Origin: Naegleria gruberi
Lineage: Eukaryota
Assembly: GCA_000004985.1 (NCBI GenBank)
Contig: GG738917.1
DNA length: 64,000 nt
Strand: one strand, 5' to 3'
Shown: positions 11,201-27,713 of the stretch, piece after piece
How positions within the stretch are numbered: the stretch's first letter is position 1
Layout: each line of letters opens with the position of its first letter
The notes under the pieces: model-generated
Database searches by the model: none
What the model saw: the letters and a program-made list of their open reading frames with translations, nothing else
Told to the model about the DNA's origin: nothing
Program-made: the position numbers and the translations under genes

Positions 11201-11612
11201 TATTGAACAACCTGCCTCGTATCATGCCAATATTTGGAAAGCATTAGCTGGCCCTAATACTGTATTCGAAACATCAGCTAAAAACACTACTCTCTACTTT
11301 AAGAATATGACAGCATATGATTTCCACTTGAATTGTAATTCAAATATTACACTTATTGACAAAGGAACCAATGTTGGTTTACCATATTATGGTCAAGCAC
11401 CTGATATTGGACCTTATGAATCCAACTGCAATAATGAAATCAATCCAGTCAATCCAGTCACTCCAAAACCTTCCATTTCAACTAATCCTCAAATCTCAGC
11501 AATTGCTTCACCAAAACCAAATCAGTCACGGGTTGTTTCTTCAACTACAATGCCTGAATGGAAAGTGTTCTATTTATTGATTGGTTTGATTATCTCAATG
11601 CTTGTGCCTTAA
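8220..11612 (+). CDS. Surface protein with right-handed parallel beta-helix (pectin-lyase-fold) repeats, likely GPI-anchored
   Basis: Track ORF 8121..11612 starts on TTG; ATGs at 8130 and 8220, the latter giving a signal-peptide-like MRREDWLVQATCVLFQLLATVLLCSTTNGQ. Many N-x-S/T sites. PbH1-like repeats around residues 640-800 (NGMEGINLQGLMVRKY..GIVCSGGCTNLVISNCSAKYNGGSGISLSYSSNLLVDGGEMSQNFNNGVNFGG). Pro/Thr/Ser stalk, then the ORF ends on a hydrophobic stretch VFYLLIGLIISMLVP with no cytoplasmic tail (GPI-signal-like). Confidence 0.7.
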   Translation: MRREDWLVQATCVLFQLLATVLLCSTTNGQTIQDDLYIVPIAKINVPEYGSVSFYPQVYYFNSSYSSSSLQVSYSMADGSALKSGMTVLNGVLNFYSNPAHVGQLSVLRNVSYYNSENKFITISHVTIFQVIPTPTPNQLSLLFSDDFLGGDLSKWYLLDGTMKLQSAQLNIYQNNTKLVTVNSFDLTNQLGVTFTFNLLTTWTASRGILIYVDKLNYYEINLSGSSFTITRCVNGNPTVILQSTKLLQVHAANYYSSYKVYLQYTKEGMIITIAKIGILASDYVLNVVDSFTNIDVFKSVKLGFYEKTVDSPSQSNFKVLQCKVYNGKLMHSRQGVTYHVDGKNGNDLNDGLSSSSAFKTLNTAQYQLLPDDTLLIHDSIYRESFQINRQASVDHPITIKAFNQPTTTSTFTTTPYTHTAILDGSLVLDNSKFKKITNSNIYQIALKFTPDVVYQDNVKMSLAMKPLPSNLQDEYFVDNYIHPKNNSIQSSSDNSMIYLQLDDMFKYDQFGSQAPDDFWVGAIFYQFYKAGVYVITRKIVSYNATTNTIGLLYNDLPVVTSDSYAIANHIGCFSQAGQYVVNTNFISVSLSTDPTVSQTILEVSALDNGAKIVNGMEGINLQGLMVRKYLSDGIVCSGGCTNLVISNCSAKYNGGSGISLSYSSNLLVDGGEMSQNFNNGVNFGGAVKDSTVQNTYTHRNINNGIWVGNAGTPLFYCVNILLKSNKVGPQNSERLHPDNIQLASADNITLESNILTQDGDQNMWMDKNGLVIFKRNIIIGGPLGVNNAQSVVMFNNVFYNSYLRFAVAPVGPFVGLDNIADWSDMFNSITDTNSQSIANILVWSSMNSQLSSTIKSYSSYKSLTTADKTAIIDQINSVINNTSFMAQFKDVVIPFLGKEHVVAYPYWNAMTKRGLMDKSTGKLTNSNNETIYEAKGLTRAILDEVFDGIIYKGPITFYPRIVSIKNNAFIESFLQLPSTTYSLLPYWESNFNYIEQPASYHANIWKALAGPNTVFETSAKNTTLYFKNMTAYDFHLNCNSNITLIDKGTNVGLPYYGQAPDIGPYESNCNNEINPVNPVTPKPSISTNPQISAIASPKPNQSRVVSSTTMPEWKVFYLLIGLIISMLVP

Positions 11613-11831
11613 TAAATCAATTCGAATTTCATTTATTATTTCAAAAATTGCAATCTAATCCGTCAAATAAACCAGTTCCCTGCTCAGCACTTCAAGGTTG
11701 AATACCATTTACATTTTCCAGAGCTGGATATTCTCTTACTCGTTTAGATTGCCTAATCGACAAAAAGCTGTAACATTAATCAGAAAGAAAAAAACACGTG
11801 TTCGCTCTTCCTCAAATCAACTTTAAAAAAA

Positions 11832-13525
11832 ATGGATGGACCACAGTGCAATACCAAGTTGATGGTTTTTGTGGGTTTTTGGATTGTGTTGATGGTGATT
11901 ACTGTTTGTTGCTATGCAGAAAACGAAAGCGATGGAACCTATGCTGAAATTGGACTTTCGATTGGAAATACGAATTGGAGAGCTGCTGTTATGGTAAATG
12001 GCAGTTTGGAATGGATTGTGGATAGGAATGGAAATGTAGATCATCCCTCTTTTGAAAATATAAACAAGATTATTGTGAGCAATTATAAAATAATTAAAAG
12101 CAGAGATGGTTATTTATTGGAATCGAATAACAACATTTTTGAAAGAAATGGAACAGTTTATTGTAAAGTTAAATTAGATGATGGAATTGAAAAGGAAATG
12201 ACACCAGAGGAAATTTATTCGGATATTCTACATGATGTGAAAGAACTTGCTTTCCAATATTTGAAACGAAACATTACACATATTTTCCTTTCAGTACCAG
12301 CATATTTTAAACAAACTCAAGAAGATTATATCATACGAAACGCAGCTTCAAAACACAATTTAACAATTGTAAGATCTGTTCGAGATCCAATCATGGCTGT
12401 ACTAGCTCAAGACCATTTCCAAAAGATCAATAACAATTATACGAACGATTCAAACGATGAAAGAACTTTTTTAGTTGTGGATTTGGGAATTAGATCATTG
12501 GCTTTAAATATTGTAAATGATGATTTTGGATTTTATGAAATACTTGCTTCAGAATCCTATGGTCAATTGGGAACTGAAAGATTTCATATGAAACTGAGAG
12601 AATTATTCGTAAAAGAGTTCAAGAAACAACATTTATTGAATGAACAATCAAATATTTTGGAAAATCAACAATTAATGAATTATTATTAAGGCAAGCTGAA
12701 AAATCAATGATTTCCCTTTCAAAAGAAAATTCTGTGCGAGTGAATATTCCATCTTTATTCGATGGAAAGGATTTCACATTCGAATTGACCAGAGAAATAT
12801 TTGAAAATCAATGCCAAGACCTACTTGAACAAATAGCAGCCTCTGTTTTTCGGCTATTCAATCGATCAGATGTATTCGCAGAAGAAATTTCACAAGTGAT
12901 TCTTTCTGGAGGTGGAACACTCAATCCTTCAATAAGGAGTGCAATTATTGATCGATATTTCAAAGATGGAAATGTTTCGAATATTTTACAAGCATCAACC
13001 ATAGGTGCAGCTCTTCAAGCAGCTGTAGTATATGAACCATTCCAAACTGTTTCTTTAATACTGGCACCATTTTCTCTTGGGATTGAGAATTCTGACAGCC
13101 AGTTAGTGAAAATCATTGAAAGAGGAACAGTTCTGCCAACTGTCAAGAAGATGGTCTTTTCTAGTGAAAGAGGATTTCTTGATTCTGTTGATTTTTGTAT
13201 ATTTGCTGGTGATAACATTTATGAAATGGAAAAGAATATTCAATTAGGTCAATTGACCCTGGAAGGAATTGAGTTGACTAAAAAGGGGAAAGCTCAAATT
13301 GAAGTTTCTTTTGAATTAAGTGATAGTTTCATTCTCAATGTTACTGCCACTGATTTAACAACCAAAGTAAAGAGTGAAAAGATAATTTCTTTGGAAAAGT
13401 TAGAAAGTAATAGGGAACTCACTAACAAACTTGAACAGGATGCTACGAAAGATGGAGAAGAGAAGGAAATAAGAAAATTACTCCATACTTATAATTCACC
13501 AAGTGTTCTCCATGAAGAATTGTAA
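11832..13525 (+). CDS. Divergent Hsp70-family protein, ER-type (signal peptide, C-terminal HEEL), interrupted by a +1 frameshift near 12660-12690; possible pseudogene or sequence error
   Basis: Two track ORFs (11832..12689, 12707..13525) in different frames. Read together they align along Hsp70: AEIGLSIGNTNWRAAVM (cf. IGIDLGTTNSCVAV), LSVPAYFKQTQEDYIIRNAASKHNLTIVRSV, VVDLGIRSLALNIV (degenerate DLGGGTFD), then across the shift LLLRQAEKSMISLSKENSVRVNIPSLFDGKDFTFELTREIFENQCQDLL (cf. [45 protein letters not shown]), VILSGGGTLNPSIRSAI, SBD-beta-like EVSFELSDSFILNVTATDLTT. N-terminal hydrophobic MVFVGFWIVLMVITVCCYA; C-terminus ...PSVLHEEL. Confidence 0.6.
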
Positions 13526-13859
13526 ATAGCCAATTCAATTACAATAATAGATTAGTTTATTTCACTTTAGTATGGACAATATACGGTATGGTCAACTAGA
13601 CTCCATTTGATTGAAAGGAGTATTTTCCTTTGAAAGGAAGATAATGTGGATCACCTAAAGCTTCACATTTCTAACAGACAGACGAATCAAAAAACAAAGT
13701 GTTTGTATTTCATTTTTCGATATAATTTCGTTTCGATTGGTTTCGAATATTTGTACTCCATTGATAGGTTCATACAACCGAACAATTATTTCAATAATCC
13801 ATACTTTACAATATCAAATTCCATCAAAATGGCGAAAAAGAAGAAAACTATAAAAAAAA

Positions 13860-14057
13860 ATGTCTCTTTCATCATTACCCACCGAACTCTTCCTAATCAT
13901 TGCTGATTTCTGCTCTTCCGATGATTTGACGCTCCAAAATTTCTCACTTTTATCACAATGCACCTATCGGGAGATTTATTTAAAGCATCGGAAGATGTTT
14001 CCCATTAGAATGAAGAGATCTATTATGAATTACAAAGGAATAAGATGCTTTCTGTAG
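13860..14057 (+). CDS. Small F-box-domain ORF (65 aa), possibly first exon of a longer gene
   Basis: LPTELFLIIADFCSSDDLTLQNFSLLSQCTYREIY is F-box-like. Downstream 14130-14546 holds further short ORFs (acidic DDEDKEDENYNSDDGDEDDE; MQFQDISDYIMKKKAFMEAQETAKSKLFDKWNEYLDIVESG; track ORF 14346..14546) that I could not join by clean GT..AG introns. Confidence 0.3.
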   Translation: MSLSSLPTELFLIIADFCSSDDLTLQNFSLLSQCTYREIYLKHRKMFPIRMKRSIMNYKGIRCFL

Positions 14058-14088
14058 CTAAATTTAAGAGAGGTAAATAAGAAGTGTT

Positions 14089-14127
14089 AGCTATTTAATA
14101 ATATGTAATAATATATTAAATAGCTAG
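14089..14127. repeat. Perfect 13-bp inverted repeat (TAGCTATTTAATA ... TATTAAATAGCTA) with 13-nt AT-rich spacer
   Basis: Read directly at 14089-14127, ~30 nt downstream of the F-box ORF stop. Hairpin-forming. Confidence 0.5.
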
Positions 14128-14551
14128 ATCCGATGATGAAGATAAGGAAGATGAAAATTATAATTCTGATGATGGTGATGAAGATGATGAGAAAAACAAG
14201 AATCGGAAGAGAAAATGCAATTTCAAGACATTTCTGATTATATCATGAAAAAGAAAGCTTTTATGGAAGCTCAAGAAACTGCAAAAAGTAAATTATTTGA
14301 TAAGTGGAATGAATATTTGGATATCGTCGAGAGTGGTTAATCAAATTGGACAATGAACTTTTGGCGTTTGATACCTATGCATGTTGTATTCATCGTAGTG
14401 TTGCAAATAACTTTATGGAACAGCACAACCTTAAACTCACAAAACCTCTTAAATTGGTAGAAATATTATTGAAATTACAACCATGGTTTTTCGATGACCA
14501 AGATGTGTGGGATTTTTTTAAACTGAACGTTATTATTAAGGAATAATTTAT

Positions 14552-16614
14552 TTACAAATCAATTTCATCATTCTCTTCCATAATATCAAGAGTTTCCTCT
14601 GCATCTTCTCGTTTAGGTTTGAAAGCCATTTGCTTCTCAGCCAACTTTCTGTAAACACCATTCTCTATTTCAAGTAAGTCATCATGTTTACCCTTTTCTA
14701 CTAATTTACCCTTCACAAGAACACAAATCACATCTGAATTCTTGATAGTTGACAATCTGTGAGCAATGCAAATAGTAGTTCTTCCCTTCATTAAATTATC
14801 CAATGCTTCCTGAACGAGTGCCTCAGATTCTGTGTCAAGTGCTGAAGTGGCTTCATCTAAAAGTAAGACAATTGGATTTTGAATTAAGGCTCTAGCAATG
14901 GCAATTCTCTGTTTCTGACCTCCTGACATGGAGACACCCTTCTCTCCCAATAGAGTATCATATTCATCTGGAAGATCCATGATGAAATTGTGACAGTTGG
15001 CAAGTTTTGCAGCATTGACAATTTGTTCATGTGTAACGTTCTCCAAACCAACAGCATAGGCAATATTTTCCTTAATAGAAGCAGCAAACAAGACAGGTTC
15101 TTGAGTGACAATACCAATTTTGTGGTGGATGAACATTGGATCAATTTCCAAAATGTCAACTCCATCAATGAGAATCTGACCAGCATTTGGATTATAGAAC
15201 TTTTCAACGAGCCCAACAATGGTTGATTTACCAGATCCTGATGGACCAACCAATGCAACGGATTGACCTTGCTTGATATCAAGAGAAAAGTCCTTGAGAA
15301 CTGTAGTATTTGGTCTTGCTGGGTATATGAAATCCACATTTCTAAACGAAATGTTTCCTTTCAAATTCTCAATTGACTTTCCTCCCTTGAATGGAATTTC
15401 TGGCTTTCTCTTAATCACCTTCAACAAGACGGCTTCACTCAAAATTGATTTGGTAAATTCTGGAAAGATAGCAAAGGTCTGAATAAGACTCATCACTGTC
15501 ATGATCATCAAACCACAAACTTTGAAATAATCTCCGAGTGTTGTAAGGCCATCAACAACGTTGTAACCACCGTACCATAATCCAAGAGAGACAGTTCCCC
15601 AAACAATGAAAGTAACTGAGAGGAAAGCAACGCCAAAGCTAAGAGCTTTGAAGAATCCATATCTATTGACAATTGCCATTTGTTTCTTATATTTCAATTG
15701 TTCCTTAATTTCTCCTGTCATACTGCGAACCGTTTTGATAGAGGAAATGATTTCAGTAGCCATGGCCATACCTTTAGTACTTGCTTCGTTGGTTTTAGTT
15801 GTGAAATATCTAATGAATACACCCAAAACCATGATAACTAGGAATAATAGAGGTACAGTTGAAGCAATGACAAGTGACATTCTGTAAGCAGAAACTACAG
15901 CCATTACAAATCCACCAATAACTGTTGCACCGTTTTGAATAAGTGTTGAAACCTTATTTGTGTATGCATCTTGAATCTTGGCAACATCGTCAGACAATAC
16001 AGCTGTCAATGCACCAACCTTCTTAATATCAAAGAATGCCATTTCTTGTGCTGTCAATGCATTGAAATATAATTCTCTAAGCTTTTGTCCAATTCTTTCA
16101 TTAGCCCAATTGAAAAAGAAATGCAACATGAAATTGGCTATAAATGCACTTGCTGCCACAACTGTCAATTTCCATCCAATAGTATTGACACCAGCTCTTA
16201 TTTGATCTTTAGTAGTTGAAGTGGAAGATAAAATGTTGAGTAAATCTCCAACAACAAATTGGATAAAGATTGAAATTACACCAGCACTACAGCACGTGTA
16301 AGAAACATTCCAATAATTTCATTCGAAACTTACCCAATAGCTCCAACAGCTCCTAAAAATAATAACAACAAATTGAATGATCCAAACTTGGACAACAAGT
16401 ACAAGTGATCCTTTACACCAATCTTTGGATCCCTCACATCAGCAACTTCTTCAGTTTGCTCCTGTTCCTTTTGGATTCGTCTTCTTTCTTTCATTTTCTT
16501 AAATGGATTTCTAGAGAGACGAGTTGGTTGAGCAGGAAGTGGAGCTACTTGATTTTCTTCTTGCTCTGCAGCAAGATATTGTTCTGGAACTAAACCAGTT
16601 GTATCTGCAATCAT
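14552..16614 (-). CDS. ABC transporter, B-family half-transporter (TMD-NBD), two exons
   Basis: Exon 1 16614..16334 (ATG at 16614; track ORF 16330..16674 begins on TTG) ends ...LLLLFLGAVGAIG; 47-nt intron 16333..16287 (GTAAGT...TGTAG); exon 2 16286..14555 continues phase-2 into NGAGVISIFIQF..., which reconstitutes the ABCB TMD1 motif GAIGNGAG. NBD has Walker A GPSGSGKST, signature LSGGQKQRIAIARAL, Walker B VLLLDEATSALD. About 671 aa. Confidence 0.85.
16287..16333 (-). other. Spliceosomal intron (47 nt) of the ABCB gene
   Basis: GTAAGTTTCGAATGAAATTATTGGAATGTTTCTTACACGTGCTGTAG on the sense strand. Joining restores frame and the conserved GAIGNGAG motif. Confidence 0.8.
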
Positions 16615-16961
16615 TTCTTTTTTTTGAGTTTCAATAAGAAGAAGATTTGCAGCCACTTTTATAATTCGAAACAATTCGAAAGTTTAAAGTTGGAACCGGA
16701 ATGTGGAATTGAAATGATGGTCCATTGTTAAGGGTTTATTAATCGGGTTAACGTTATAGTCGCGCTTACTGCAACTGATAACCAACTCAAGAGCGGAAGA
16801 AACGGTGGCGGAGGTATTGAATATGAAGATCTGTAGTTAACAACAATCAATGGTTATATGACCAAACAGTAGATAATATTGTGATAACTTGACCTCAATC
16901 CTTTGTCTGCATTTCCACCATTTTCAAATTGAAATTTCAATATATTTTATGTTTAAAAAAA

Positions 16962-19900
16962 ATGCATCAAGAAAAGAACTTCACGGATGTGCTCATCTCT
17001 TTACATGATATTGATTCCGAAAGTGATAGTGTGAATTTATCTTGCTCTGAATTATTGATCAGCAAATTTCGGCAAACAATATCGGAAAGACTTAAACTAA
17101 ACGAAAGTATTTATGAGCACATGAAACAACTGATAGAGTTGCATGGTGTGAACAAATGTATTCCTTTCGTTCGTGAAAATCCCTTTCCTGATAATGATTG
17201 CACCCTAGCCTTTTTCAAAATCCTTTCTTACTGTGGTTTATTATTGGAATTTGCATCCGAAAGAATACGAAACGATGAAACACTTGCATTGATTGCTGTA
17301 CAGAATGATGTAGATGCCTTGATGGATGTGAGCATTAATTTGAGAGAAAATAGAGATTTTGCTTTAAAAGTTGTGCAATTAGATATTTCAAATAGTTACA
17401 AAAAGAGTACGATGAAATATTTGAACAAATTCAAAGACGATTATGAAATTGTGTTGAAGGCAGTTCGCCAATGTGGTATATCACTTGCAAATACAGCTAT
17501 AAGATTGAGATATGACAAGCAAATAATTGAAGAAGCTGTCAAAAGTTGTGGAACAGCTCTATCCTATGTTCCAAAAGACTTTATCGATAGAAATTTGGTA
17601 ATGAGTGCAATATCATCAGATGCAAAGGCTCTTCAATACGCCCTAAATTTTAAAAACGATAAGGAAGTAGTATTTGCTGCATTTCAAGTGGGTAAAGATT
17701 CTTTTCATTTTGCTTCGGATGAATTGAAATCAGATCGAGAATTTTGTATGAAATTGGTAAAGTTAAATGGCCATACGATTAGATTTTGTTCAGACGAGTT
17801 GAAAAATGATAAGGAGATGGCTATTATTGCTGTGAAATCAGACCCATATTCATATTATTGCCTGCCTCCAAATATGAAGAATGATAGAGAAATATTGTTA
17901 AAATGTGCCTCTATTGCTCTTTTTGACCTACCCTATGATATAAGTAGCGACAGAGAGTTTATGAATAGTTTACTAATTTCAGGAAAGCAATTATTGAACT
18001 TTTTAGAATATTCGGCATTGACAAGAGATTTTGAATTAGAACTCATTGGAAGCAATTGCAATTATCAATATGGTTTATTTGGAAGAATTAAAGAGGAAGA
18101 AGAACTATTCACAAGAATTGTTAACATAGATCCTTCTGCATTCATGTTTGCAACAAGTGATAATATTAGGAACAATAAGCAAATTGTTATGAATGCACTT
18201 TTTTATGAGGCAGAAATTCTCGGTAATATATCAGAGGAATTGAAAAATGACAGAGAATTGTTTGAGCTAGCCATTCGATTACATGATAATGTGCTTTATT
18301 ATGCATCAATGAATTTGAGAAATGATAAAGATTTAGTAATGATGTCAATCGAATATGATGCCTTTTCCTTTCAATACGCCTCTGAAGAATTGAAAAACGA
18401 CAGACAAGTTGCAGAGCTAGCAATAACGATCAATGGCCTTAATTTCCAATTCGCTTCTGAAGATTTGAGAAATGACAAGGAATTTTGCAAACTGGCGACT
18501 CGTAATTCTTACCATTGTTTAAATGAATATTTAGGTGCTGACATGAAAAGAGAAAGGAATCTTATTTTGGAAAATGTAAAGAAGCATACTTCTTTCATTC
18601 CAGATGAATTCAAAGATGATAAGGAAATAGTTTTTGAATCAGTTTCAGTATATGGTGGAAATATTGAACAAGCATCTTTTGATTTAAGAAATGATGATAG
18701 AGAGTTGATACGAACGGCAGTAAGAAATGGCTGTCCATTAAGCTCCTTAGATAACAGAATTATAGATAGAGACCTAGTCTTCGAGTCAATCCTTTATGGT
18801 AGCGCCTTGTGCATCGTGTCCGTTGTTGAGGAATGGCCAGAAATAGTAGATGAGGAAAAAATCATTCATTTTCAAATTTTGAGAGGATGTTGGGATTGGT
18901 TCAAATATTTCAATCCTCTATTAAGAAATGATAAAGATTTTGTAAGGAAATATGTAAAGATTTGTGGCGACATATTGGAATATGTTTCAGAAGATTTTAA
19001 AAATGATAGAGAAATTGTTAAAGAAGCAGTTAGCAACAGTGCAAATGCATTTAAATACGCGTCAGATACACTGAAGAATGACAGAGAAATTGTGGAAGCA
19101 TTGAAGAATGCAGAAGAATCAGTATATTTCATATCAGGTCTTAAAGACAGAGAGTTAGTATTGCAAGCTGCTGAAAAAGGAGTTATTCTAAACACACTCG
19201 AAGAATTTACGTATGATAGAGAAATTGCCTTAAAAACAGTTTCCAAGGCTGGTTCAAAGTTACTTTACCTATCCTACGATCTAAGAAGTGATAGGGAAAT
19301 TGTATTAGAAGCTGTAAAGAATGACCACTCATCTCTTGAATATTCCATGTATGATTCAAGATATGATAAGGATGTCATCTTGAAAGCAGATCTCCCTCTC
19401 AGCCATGTGGTACCAGCTCTAAGAAATGATAGAGAGCTCGTACTAAAGTTGCTCGAAAAACCCCTAAAAAAGTACAAATATCATTTCGATATTATAGATG
19501 ATACGATTGAGCTAGAGTATTATTCTGGATCACAATTCGTGTATCTCTCAGATGAATTGAAAGAAGAATTCAAATCGAATAAGGAAATTATGTTGAAAGC
19601 CATTAAATTTGGGCCAACAGCAATCAATTATGCCTCCAAGGAGCTTCAAAATGATGAAGAGTTTGTATTGGAAGCTGCTCAAATCAATGGTATGGTACTA
19701 AACCATGTACTACCGAAATTTAAACATAATCGAAATGTTGTAATGAAGGCAGTTCAACAAAATGGTATGTCCCTCTCTCATGCATGCAATGAATTACAAA
19801 ACGACATTGAAATAGTTCAAAACGCTCTCAAATCCCATGTTTGTGCTTTTGAATATGCCGGTTATAAATTGAGAGGCGACAAGGAATTTGTATTGGAAAT

Positions 19901-20213
19901 GACTAGACAAAATTATCATGCTTTTAAGTTTGCCAGTAGTGATTTACAAGGTGATGAAGACATTATTTCACAAGTTATGGAAATTAATATTGAGACACTG
20001 AATTGTGCCTCCTATTCATTGCGGAATAATGTTGACTTCTTGAAGAGGATGAACAAGGATAATAGACTTGTGGAGAGGGCTTCCTTCAATCTACAAAGAT
20101 CCATTAACATGCAAGGATTGTTGGATATTGAAGAAACAGACCCAAAGAAATATGAAAAGCTACTAGATTTTTACATTGACAGGTTAGTTGTGGCCACAGA
20201 GAACTCAAATTGA
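16962..20213 (+). CDS. DUF4116-repeat protein (tandem ~40-aa units of the ELKNDxE-V..AV..NG.AL.YAS type)
   Basis: 1083 aa from ATG 16962 (track start 16929 is TTG). More than 20 repeats, e.g. ASERIRNDETLALIAVQNDVDALMDVS, ASDELKSDREFCMKLVKLNGHTIRFCS, ASEELKNDRQVAELAITINGLNFQFAS, ASKELQNDEEFVLEAAQINGMVLNHV. Confidence 0.7.
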   Translation: MHQEKNFTDVLISLHDIDSESDSVNLSCSELLISKFRQTISERLKLNESIYEHMKQLIELHGVNKCIPFVRENPFPDNDCTLAFFKILSYCGLLLEFASERIRNDETLALIAVQNDVDALMDVSINLRENRDFALKVVQLDISNSYKKSTMKYLNKFKDDYEIVLKAVRQCGISLANTAIRLRYDKQIIEEAVKSCGTALSYVPKDFIDRNLVMSAISSDAKALQYALNFKNDKEVVFAAFQVGKDSFHFASDELKSDREFCMKLVKLNGHTIRFCSDELKNDKEMAIIAVKSDPYSYYCLPPNMKNDREILLKCASIALFDLPYDISSDREFMNSLLISGKQLLNFLEYSALTRDFELELIGSNCNYQYGLFGRIKEEEELFTRIVNIDPSAFMFATSDNIRNNKQIVMNALFYEAEILGNISEELKNDRELFELAIRLHDNVLYYASMNLRNDKDLVMMSIEYDAFSFQYASEELKNDRQVAELAITINGLNFQFASEDLRNDKEFCKLATRNSYHCLNEYLGADMKRERNLILENVKKHTSFIPDEFKDDKEIVFESVSVYGGNIEQASFDLRNDDRELIRTAVRNGCPLSSLDNRIIDRDLVFESILYGSALCIVSVVEEWPEIVDEEKIIHFQILRGCWDWFKYFNPLLRNDKDFVRKYVKICGDILEYVSEDFKNDREIVKEAVSNSANAFKYASDTLKNDREIVEALKNAEESVYFISGLKDRELVLQAAEKGVILNTLEEFTYDREIALKTVSKAGSKLLYLSYDLRSDREIVLEAVKNDHSSLEYSMYDSRYDKDVILKADLPLSHVVPALRNDRELVLKLLEKPLKKYKYHFDIIDDTIELEYYSGSQFVYLSDELKEEFKSNKEIMLKAIKFGPTAINYASKELQNDEEFVLEAAQINGMVLNHVLPKFKHNRNVVMKAVQQNGMSLSHACNELQNDIEIVQNALKSHVCAFEYAGYKLRGDKEFVLEMTRQNYHAFKFASSDLQGDEDIISQVMEINIETLNCASYSLRNNVDFLKRMNKDNRLVERASFNLQRSINMQGLLDIEETDPKKYEKLLDFYIDRLVVATENSN

Positions 20214-20243
20214 AAAATTCCATTCCAATAATGTCAATCAATT

Positions 20244-20876
20244 TTAACTCCAACCTGTCTTTATTGAGATGTTTGGATGCACTTGCTTCTTTTGAGTTAC
20301 AATGTTGAAATAGACAATGTAGTGTTCTCTTGGAGGTTTGAATGAGATGGTTGGATTCACACCACTAAAAACATATTCATAATTCCACCTGCCTGGAGTT
20401 GGAGTCTGTGTAGAGACATAGATTGTGAGTGGTGTCTTTTGTGAGTTTTCTGTAATGATTAAAGATTGGTTTCCATAGTTATTTCCAAGGTATCTTTGGG
20501 ATCTGAACATGAAGTTATCTTGTCCAGGTTCAATAAATAAAGAGGTTGTGTAATGTTCCAATTCTGTTGCTTGTGGGTCAAAACCTTCCAATAAACAATT
20601 TACTCTATCTTCTGAAACTCGAGTCTTACAAGGAGAACAGGTTTTTGCCTTTCCCTGACTATAGGTCATTGAAGGACATGGAAAAGCTTCCTTTCCATCA
20701 GCACAATAGAAACCAACTGGACATTTTTCACAGGTAGGATTGGCCCTAGAAATTGGATGATAACCCTGACCGCATATCACCACCGGTTTGCTTATCAAGG
20801 TGAGAGCTTCTATCGACAAGATTTTGAGCAAAATGAAGAATAAAACGAGTGAGCTCAGTGAGAAGGAGAGATTCAT
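20244..20876 (-). CDS. Secreted cysteine-rich protein (TNFR/ephrin-receptor-like CxxCPxGxYC repeats)
   Basis: ATG 20876; signal peptide MNLSFSLSSLVLFFILLKILSIEALT; then CGQGYHPISRANPTCEKCPVGFYCADGKEAFPCPSMTYSQGKAKTCSPC. Confidence 0.5.
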   Translation of the reverse strand: MNLSFSLSSLVLFFILLKILSIEALTLISKPVVICGQGYHPISRANPTCEKCPVGFYCADGKEAFPCPSMTYSQGKAKTCSPCKTRVSEDRVNCLLEGFDPQATELEHYTTSLFIEPGQDNFMFRSQRYLGNNYGNQSLIITENSQKTPLTIYVSTQTPTPGRWNYEYVFSGVNPTISFKPPREHYIVYFNIVTQKKQVHPNISIKTGWS

Positions 20877-21480
20877 TTTTCTTAGTTTGTTCTTAGTTTA
20901 TATTTGTTAAGGGTTTGATGTTTGTTTTTTTTCTTGAATAATAGCACCACAAACACGCAAAGCATTCTTCAATATGCAAGAATGTTTATTGCTTGGAAGA
21001 ATTTCCAAAAACGAACCTCAAAATCGCCTAACAGGGATGCTGACTGTTACACAACCGTTTTTTAATGTGTCTAAAGAAGGATTGTTGGACCTTTTAGAGA
21101 TGATTCAGTTGTGAAATTGAGAAAAGGGCATTCAGTTGATATCGGTTGTTGTGAAGACGGATATATTAAGGGATTATGCTCTGAATTTCCAATACTGGAA
21201 GAACCGATACCGTGGCCATGGCTAACCATAAGTTTTCTTCGGATTTCCCAATATATATGTCGTCATTAATTAAGGTCGCTATTCATGCTAAAGATTCAGC
21301 CCACAGTAAGCTTTGGCTTGATTAACTGAAAGAACTTTTTCAATGAAAGAAAACATTCATATTACAGAAAAGTAATTACTGCGACCTTTATTAAGATTAA
21401 TCTTTCAAAGCATTCACATTTTAAATACTATTGTTTAATTAAATTTAATTTATTAAATAATAAATATTGAAAATTATTAA

Positions 21481-24942
<3,462 letters not shown>

Positions 24943-25040
24943 TTTATTTCCACATCAATATAGATATAATTGTTTATTGAACTGATTCTCTTTGTTTCGG
25001 ATACATTTCAAAGTAGTTTTTGTTATTTGAAAAGATGTGA

Positions 25041-27496
<2,456 letters not shown>

Positions 27497-27713
27497 GCTC
27501 AGTTTATGAAACTCCAAAAGCAGAAAGATAACAACTCCTTATTAATAAATGAAAATTGTTTTGGTGATTTATTGTTCTCTACTATCACACAATTGTGTAT
27601 ACAGTTTGTTTTATGTCCTAACAAAATTATATGTCGTCACAAGCAAAACACGACAATAGGTGTAAATTTGTATTACTATTAGTAGTACAAATTATATGAT
27701 TACATTATATAGA

